Assembly: GCA_039028615.1 (NCBI GenBank)
Contig: JBCCHT010000057.1
Location: 1-64,000, forward strand
Reading direction: 5' to 3'
From: Myxococcota bacterium
GTDB taxonomy: Bacteria > Myxococcota_A > Polyangia > Nannocystales > Nannocystaceae
Length of the DNA: 64,000 nucleotides
Shown here: positions 58,150-64,000 of the stretch, one piece after another
Layout of the letters: every line of letters starts with the position of its first letter
Position numbering within the stretch: position 1 is the stretch's first letter
Notes under the pieces: model-generated
Told to the model about the DNA's origin: nothing
Seen by the model: the letters and a program-made list of their open reading frames with translations, nothing else
The model's database searches: none
Program-made: the position numbers and the translations under genes

Positions 58150-58986
58150 ATGACCGCATCGACCTGGCCCGACGGTACCGAGCGACGCCCCTACGCCCTC
58201 GACGAAGCCTACGCGTGGTGTGAGGCAGTGGTCGCCGACCACCCCGAGCACTACCCGGTGGCCTCGCCCCGCATGGCCGAGCCCCTGCGCCGCCATGCTT
58301 CGGCCGTCTATGCGTTCTCGCGGGTCGCCAACGACTTCGCCGATCACCCCGACTACGCCGACCGGCGGGGCAAGTGCCTCGACGCGTGGCAGGAGCTGCT
58401 CGAGCGGGCCTACCACGGCGAGTCCGAGCACCCGGCCTTCGTCGCGCTCGAGGCCACCGTGCGGCAGGCCAACATCCCGGTCACTCCGTTTCAGGATCTG
58501 CTCGCGGGGTTCCGCATGGACCTGAGCAAGCACCGCTACTCGACCTGGGGCGAGCTGCTCAACTACTGCACGCTCTCGGCCGTCCCCGTGGGTCGCCTCA
58601 TGCTCTTCTTGGCGGGCGAGCAGCGACCCGAGCTGCAGGCGCTGGCCGACCCCCTGTCCATCGCCATGCGCATCGCCGACATCCTGCTCGACGTGGGCTC
58701 CGATGCCCGCCAAGGCCGGGTGTACCTGCCCGACGAAGACCTCCTGCTCTTCGGCGTCGACCGCAGCGCCCTCGCCTCGAGCGAGCGCTCCGTGGAGCTG
58801 GGCGAGCTGGTGTCGTTCCAAGCCGCCCGCGCCCGCATGTGGCTGGCCCGCGCCCGCCCCTTGCTGCGCAAGGTCGGCCCCGGCCTCGCCGACGAGGTGG
58901 AAGGCATCTGGCAGAGCGGGCAGAACACGCTCGACCAGCTCGAAGCGGGCACCATCGACGTGCTCGCCGACCGCTCCTCCAACTGA
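58150..58986 (+). CDS. Squalene/phytoene synthase family, HpnC-like
   Basis: HPEHYPVAS, VYAFSRVANDFAD, YC..SA.PVGRL, GRVYLP. Confidence 0.85.
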   Translation: MTASTWPDGTERRPYALDEAYAWCEAVVADHPEHYPVASPRMAEPLRRHASAVYAFSRVANDFADHPDYADRRGKCLDAWQELLERAYHGESEHPAFVALEATVRQANIPVTPFQDLLAGFRMDLSKHRYSTWGELLNYCTLSAVPVGRLMLFLAGEQRPELQALADPLSIAMRIADILLDVGSDARQGRVYLPDEDLLLFGVDRSALASSERSVELGELVSFQAARARMWLARARPLLRKVGPGLADEVEGIWQSGQNTLDQLEAGTIDVLADRSSN

Positions 58987-59003
58987 CGTAAACTCGCTCC
59001 CCG

Positions 59004-60062
59004 ATGCTCGGGCTCGGTGCAGCCGCGTTGCTCGGGGCCCTGAGCCTCGGACCCGGCGCGCCGACGGCCCCGATCCCCATCGAGTGGTCTGCCCCTGCGC
59101 AGTGCCCCGACGAGTCGCGGGTGCAGCAGTGGTTGGCGGAGGCCCTGGCCGACAGCGCCGCCGATCCGGCCGGGATTCGGGCCCGGGTCGAGATCACCGA
59201 AGTCGACGATGGCCTGAGCCTTCGGCTCGCGCTCGATCGCCCCGAGGGCCCGGTCGGCCGCCGCACCATGAACGCCAGCGACTGCCATGCCTTGGCGACC
59301 GCGGCGGTCCTGGTCATCGCGCTCACCGTCGATCCGCAGGCCGAGATCGGTGCGCTCGACGAAGAGCCCGTGCCCTCCGAGCCGCAGTTCCCGGAGCCCG
59401 TCTCGGTCGTGCCCGTCGTCGAGCCCGAGCCCGAGACCCCCGCGGAACCGGAGCCCGAACCCGAGCCGCCCCCCGCCGCCGAGCCGAGCCCGCAAGCGCC
59501 TCGGCCGACGCCCGCCGACGCGGCGCCCGAGCCCGAGCCGCGCGTACGAGTGAGCGCGCGAGCTTCGGCCGCAGCGGGGCTGTCGGTGCTCTCGGGTCCG
59601 ACCGCCGCGCTGTCACTGACCGCGATCCTTCACGGGCACCGTTTTCGAGCGGAGTTCGGGGGGAGCTACTGGACCCCGGTCGAAGCCCGCGCCCCCGACG
59701 GCCCGGGCGGGCGGATCCAGCAGTGGACCGTCGACGCCCGCGGCTGCGGCGTGCTTCGTCCGGGACCACTGGAGTTGCCGCTGTGCGGAGGCCTCGACAT
59801 CGGTGCCGTGCATGGCCAGGGCATCGACGTGCTCGACCCTCAGCGAGTCACCTCCCTGCGGCTGGCCGCCGCCGCAGGAGCAGCCGTGCTGTGGCGCCCT
59901 GCTCGACTCGGCGGACGACTCGGGCTGTGGGCGGGCGCAGATGTGCTCGTCGCCCTGGTTCGCGCCCGCTTTCGACCCACGCCCGCGGCAACGGCGCTCG
60001 CGTACTACACCCCGCCCGTGGGCGGCCGGCTGGGAATCGGGGTCGAGGTACGATTTCGATGA
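59004..60062 (+). CDS. Secreted protein, WxAPxxCP N-domain plus probable beta-barrel
   Basis: WSAPAQCP; PE-rich linker; RGC...LPLCGG; ends VEVRFR; paralog of 42178-43143. Confidence 0.78.
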   Translation: MLGLGAAALLGALSLGPGAPTAPIPIEWSAPAQCPDESRVQQWLAEALADSAADPAGIRARVEITEVDDGLSLRLALDRPEGPVGRRTMNASDCHALATAAVLVIALTVDPQAEIGALDEEPVPSEPQFPEPVSVVPVVEPEPETPAEPEPEPEPPPAAEPSPQAPRPTPADAAPEPEPRVRVSARASAAAGLSVLSGPTAALSLTAILHGHRFRAEFGGSYWTPVEARAPDGPGGRIQQWTVDARGCGVLRPGPLELPLCGGLDIGAVHGQGIDVLDPQRVTSLRLAAAAGAAVLWRPARLGGRLGLWAGADVLVALVRARFRPTPAATALAYYTPPVGGRLGIGVEVRFR

Positions 60063-60130
60063 CGGATCGGCGGGGCGGCGGACTTCAACAATGACGTGGA
60101 CGACCCGCCGCCACGTCCGCCCACGAGCCC

Positions 60131-60661
60131 TTGCTCACCCTCGAAGACATCTACGCCGAACACTGCGGGTTCGTGTGGCGCACGGTCCTTCGCATGGGCA
60201 TCCCCGAGCACGCGGTCGAGGACTTGATGCACGAAGTGTTCTTGGTGGTGCAGCGCAGGCTGGGTGACTACGACGGGCGGGTCGCGATGACCACGTGGCT
60301 GTATCACCAGACCCGCGGCGTGGTGAGCAACGACCGCCGTCGCCATCGTCGCGAGCAACGACGCATCGCGCTGGTCGACCCCAAGCCCCAGGCCGCGCCC
60401 GACCCCGAGGTGCAGACCGAGCGCCAGCAGGCGGCCCAGTTCGTGCGCGAGTTCCTGGAGCAGCTCGACCCCGACAAGCGGGAGGTCTTCGTGCTCGCCG
60501 AGATCGAAGGGCACCCCATGCCGGAGGTCGCCCGCAGCCTGAAGATCAAGCTCAACACCGCGTACTCCCGCCTCCGGGCCGCGCGCACCAGCTTTCAGCG
60601 GGCGGTGAAGCGCCGTCGAAGCGGCGACGCGCCCGCTCAGTATCGGAGCCGAGTGGGATGA
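60131..60661 (+). CDS. ECF sigma-70 factor
   Basis: FVWRTV, VEDLMHEVF, TWLY, VFVLAEIEG, NTAYSRL. Confidence 0.92.
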   Translation: MLTLEDIYAEHCGFVWRTVLRMGIPEHAVEDLMHEVFLVVQRRLGDYDGRVAMTTWLYHQTRGVVSNDRRRHRREQRRIALVDPKPQAAPDPEVQTERQQAAQFVREFLEQLDPDKREVFVLAEIEGHPMPEVARSLKIKLNTAYSRLRAARTSFQRAVKRRRSGDAPAQYRSRVG

Positions 60662-61458
60662 ACGAGCGCCGCCAGATGCCCGAGCTCGGCGAGGACGAGG
60701 CCGCCCTTTTGGGTGCCTATCGAGCGGAGACCGAGATGCCGCCCGAGCTCGGCGCTCGGGTGTGGGATCGCCTCGAGGCGCCCGCGCCCGTGGGGCTCGA
60801 GGCCGCGGGATGGTCGGTGCGTGGCGTGGTGGTGGGCATGCTGGCGGCCGCGGCCGTCATCGGGCTGTGGATCGGGGCGCAGCAGCTTCGAACGAGCCCG
60901 ACGCGGGCGCCCGCCGAGCAAGCGGGCTACCAGCACGGCGGAAACGGGTCGCCCGAGGCCGCCACGCCCCGGGAGCCCGATGCGGCGGCCTCCAAGTCGG
61001 ACACCGCGGGCTCGACCGCCCTCCCCGAGCGCGCTCCCTCGCCCGATACGAGCGCGCCATCGATCGTGCCCGGTCCCACCGACGACGCGGCGCCGACCGG
61101 TGCCTCCAGCGGGTCCCCGGCCCCCGCGTCGAACCGAGCACCCTCCCGTCGCTCGCCGGCCTCCACGTCGACGCCCGAGCCCGCGCCGACCGACCGCCTC
61201 GCAGAGGAAAACCGCGTGCTCAGCCGCGCCCGCAAGGCCCTGCTCGACCACGCGCCCGAGCGCGCGCTCGAGCACCTGCGCGACCACGCCCGTCGCTTTC
61301 CCCGCGGCGTGCTGTCGCCCGAGCGCCAGGCCCTGCGCGCCATTGCGCTGTGCGAGGCCGGCCGTGAGATCGAAGGCACGGCGGCGGCTCGCGGTTTCCT
61401 GCGTGCGCACCCGCAAGCGACGCTGGCCGCTCGCGTCCGCACCGTGTGCCTGAAATAA
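60658..61458 (+). CDS. Putative membrane-bound anti-sigma factor with TPR-like C-domain
   Basis: ATGA-coupled to the ECF gene; RVW; TM; ARKAL...HARRFPRG..SPER..ALC..GR. Confidence 0.78.
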   Translation: MNERRQMPELGEDEAALLGAYRAETEMPPELGARVWDRLEAPAPVGLEAAGWSVRGVVVGMLAAAAVIGLWIGAQQLRTSPTRAPAEQAGYQHGGNGSPEAATPREPDAAASKSDTAGSTALPERAPSPDTSAPSIVPGPTDDAAPTGASSGSPAPASNRAPSRRSPASTSTPEPAPTDRLAEENRVLSRARKALLDHAPERALEHLRDHARRFPRGVLSPERQALRAIALCEAGREIEGTAAARGFLRAHPQATLAARVRTVCLK

Positions 61459-61523
61459 AGTCCGACGGATCCTCGAGGCCGTGGACTATGACGTCATGAA
61501 CCGCCGACGGCGGCCCGATTATC

Positions 61524-62405
61524 ATGACTCGCTCTAACGACTACTTCCTCGGAACTTCCCTCGCTGTCGCCCTCGGTGGCCTGCTCGCCGGCTTCAGCGG
61601 CGTCGCCTGTGACCTCCCCGACGAGGACCTCGGATCCGACAGCGCCACCTCGACCTCGGGTGGTGAGTCCGGTGACGCGCCCGTGTGCATGGACGGGCAG
61701 ACGATGATGCCCGACTCCTGCAACACCTGCTTTTGTGAAGACGGGGGCTGGGCGTGCACCGAGATCGGCTGTGGCGACGGCACCGGAGGCGACGACTCCG
61801 GCCAGACCTGCGACCCCGACGACCTGCCCCCCGAAGCCGATTGCTCCAACAACTGCGGCTGCGAAGACGGCGAGTGGGTCTGCGATCTGGTCGGCTGCGC
61901 CGACTCGGGCGACACCACCACGGGCGGCGGCAACCCGACTGGCGGAGGCACCGACGGCAAGGCGTGCAACTTCGAGCCCGAGCCCAAGGTCGAGTGCAAC
62001 GAGTGCATCTGCGACGAAGAGGACTGGGCGTGCACCGACTTCGCGTGCCCCACCGCGCCGCCCGTCACCGTGTGCTCCGGCGCCGATCTCATCGACCCGC
62101 ACACCGTGCTCAACGCCAACATCATCGGCCACGAGCTGTTCCTGACGCTCGAGTCGAGTGGGGGTTGTGCCGAGCACGTGTACGGAAATTGCTGGGAGGA
62201 GAGCTTCGAAAATTCCCTACCTCCGATGGTCTCCATCACCGTGACGCACGACAGCAACGCCGACCCCTGCGAGGCGCTGGTCATGGAAGAGACCGTTTTC
62301 GATCTCATGCCGCTTCGCAACGCGTACATCGAGGCGTACCAAGAGCTGTCCGGCACGATGACGGTCAATGTCGCGGGATGGGGTCCCATCGACTACACCT
62401 TCTAG
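61524..62405 (+). CDS. Cys-rich lipoprotein with three pacifastin-like repeats
   Basis: Lipobox GVAC; CNTCFC..GGWACT, NNCGC..GEWVC, CNECIC...DWACT; C-domain SGGC.EH...CEA. Confidence 0.82.
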   Translation: MTRSNDYFLGTSLAVALGGLLAGFSGVACDLPDEDLGSDSATSTSGGESGDAPVCMDGQTMMPDSCNTCFCEDGGWACTEIGCGDGTGGDDSGQTCDPDDLPPEADCSNNCGCEDGEWVCDLVGCADSGDTTTGGGNPTGGGTDGKACNFEPEPKVECNECICDEEDWACTDFACPTAPPVTVCSGADLIDPHTVLNANIIGHELFLTLESSGGCAEHVYGNCWEESFENSLPPMVSITVTHDSNADPCEALVMEETVFDLMPLRNAYIEAYQELSGTMTVNVAGWGPIDYTF

Positions 62406-62576
62406 CGGCCCCTCGGTCGGGGGCGAGATTAATGTAGTGGACACCTCCCAATCTCGCCTCCGATCTCACCGCGATCGCGTTTCCATGTTTTCCCTATAAC
62501 CACTCGCGGTGTCTCTACGTTAGCCTCCGGGCTGGATGGTAGTTCTTTCGTTCGACGAGGATGGCTCGCCGACCTC

Positions 62577-63323
62577 ATGAGTGCCGAGCCTCTCCCCCAA
62601 GGGTCGGCTGCGGCCGAATCCCCTTGCCGACAGATACGCATCGAACTTCGCGACGCGGCGTGCTTTCCCCATGCCTTCGAGCGCTACCAAAAGGGCCTGA
62701 CCAAGGCCCTACGCACCGAAGGACGGGGTCCCATCGAAGATCCCGTCATGATCCCGTGGGAGCCCGAAGAGTGCCTGCTCGTCGCCGCCCTCGATGAACG
62801 TGGCTACACCATCGGCGGGATCCAGCTGCAGCGACACGGCTCGCGACGCCCCCTGCCCTGCTTCGAAACGATGCGCCGCGCCGAGGTCTCCATCGACGAG
62901 CTGGTCGGCGAAGACACCTTCGATGGCGGGCACGGTGAGCTCGGGGGTCTGTGGATCGGTGCGGCCTACCGCGGGTACGGCCTCGACTCCGCGCTCACCG
63001 AAGCCGCGATGTCCCTGGCCCGAGATTTTTGTGGCCGTTGGCTGTGGGGCCTATGCCCCGAGCCGATGCTGGTCGACTACGTGGCGGTGGGGTTTCAGCT
63101 CCGCCGCGACCTCGCGGAAGACGGCCGATGCTGGTCGGAGCCGATGCGCGAGCACGCGTGGATCATTCACGCCGATCTCGACTCGGCCCAGGCTCGCTCG
63201 GCCCCGCGCTACGGGCTGCGACAACGGCTCGCCCGACAGCGCCGTGATCGCTACCGCCTCGGCGGGCCCCGGGATGCCCTGTCGGTGTCCTTCGACCTCC
63301 GCTGGCCGCAGCGCTCACCGTAG
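62577..63323 (+). CDS. Hypothetical GNAT/acyltransferase-fold protein
   Basis: IGGIQL...GELGGLWI..AYRGYGL. Confidence 0.6.
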   Translation: MSAEPLPQGSAAAESPCRQIRIELRDAACFPHAFERYQKGLTKALRTEGRGPIEDPVMIPWEPEECLLVAALDERGYTIGGIQLQRHGSRRPLPCFETMRRAEVSIDELVGEDTFDGGHGELGGLWIGAAYRGYGLDSALTEAAMSLARDFCGRWLWGLCPEPMLVDYVAVGFQLRRDLAEDGRCWSEPMREHAWIIHADLDSAQARSAPRYGLRQRLARQRRDRYRLGGPRDALSVSFDLRWPQRSP

Positions 63324-64000
63324 GTCGTCGACGTAGCTGCCCACCCCGTGGGCGCGGACCAGCGCCTCGACCAGAGCGAGCGGGGCTCGAAAGTCGGGCG
63401 CATCGGTGGGCACGACCATCGGCAGCGAGCGCGCCACCCAGATGCGAACCGCTTCGTCGCGCAGCGCGGTGCTCAGCGCACCACGGCCCGCCCAGCGATA
63501 GCCATGCAGACCGGTTCGCCAGTAGCGAGCCTCGTGCTCGCGCAGCTCGGCCGGGAGCGACAGCGCTTCTTCCAGCGTCGCGGGATCGCACAGCAGCAGG
63601 GTCACGGTCGCGACCGCAGTGCTGATGCGCCGCACCAGGTCCTGCTCGCTGCGCCACTGCGCGTGCTCGCGGGCGCGGGCCGACGCCCGGTCCTGAAAGG
63701 CAGCGATCCACGGCTGCACCTCTCGGGCCGCGGGGGGCTCGGCGCGCCAGCATGCGTCCAGCCGCTCTCCCGCGTCGAGCAATCCGTGCTCGTCCACCAT
63801 CGCCGCCAGAGCCCACTGCGTCGCCGCCAGGTCGGCGGGCACGGGGCGCTCGGCCAGCGCTGAAAACCACTGCCGAACCTGGGCTCGAGGCGCCCACTGC
63901 CCGGACCGGAGCTCGATCGAGTCGGGCAAGGTATCGACCACGATCGTCGGGGGCAGCGAGGCGCGCTCCGTCCAGCCTTCCGACACCAGCGGCTCGGCCT
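63315..64000 (-). CDS. Hypothetical protein (C-terminal part, probably runs off right edge)
   Basis: Open frame from the window end to the stop at 63315; typical codon bias. Confidence 0.6.
   Translation of the reverse strand, partial: AEPLVSEGWTERASLPPTIVVDTLPDSIELRSGQWAPRAQVRQWFSALAERPVPADLAATQWALAAMVDEHGLLDAGERLDACWRAEPPAAREVQPWIAAFQDRASARAREHAQWRSEQDLVRRISTAVATVTLLLCDPATLEEALSLPAELREHEARYWRTGLHGYRWAGRGALSTALRDEAVRIWVARSLPMVVPTDAPDFRAPLALVEALVRAHGVGSYVDDLR

Overview
High-GC (about 70% by eye), gene-dense bacterial chromosomal DNA. It is most consistent with a myxobacterium (Myxococcota, probably Nannocystaceae-like), based on a MYXO-CTERM protein, many lipoproteins with Ser/Thr/Gly/Asp-rich linkers, eukaryotic-like kinases and ECF sigma cassettes. 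I can support about 60 CDS and one tRNA-Ala(CGC). I saw no integrase, transposase, rRNA or CRISPR array. Ordinary content: an acyl-CoA carboxylase cluster, acyl-CoA dehydrogenase, tlyA, yhbY, a PP2C phosphatase, glutaredoxin and a yjjG-like nucleotidase. Most interesting features: (1) a B12-dependent CarH/CarA-type photoreceptor divergent from a SigA-like alternative sigma factor, with TnnACA operator-like repeats over both candidate promoters; (2) two copies of an ECF sigma + membrane anti-sigma-like + predicted beta-barrel + surface lipoprotein cassette; (3) a lipoprotein fusing a PHM-type copper monooxygenase to a CX4CH cytochrome-c-like domain; (4) an exported TldD/TldE protease pair; (5) a sugar aminotransferase-methyltransferase fusion in a small glycosylation cluster; (6) a six-repeat Cys-rich lipoprotein; (7) a 34-aa small ORF with its own terminator. 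All product calls come from reading motifs by eye with no database searches, and several start codons are best guesses.
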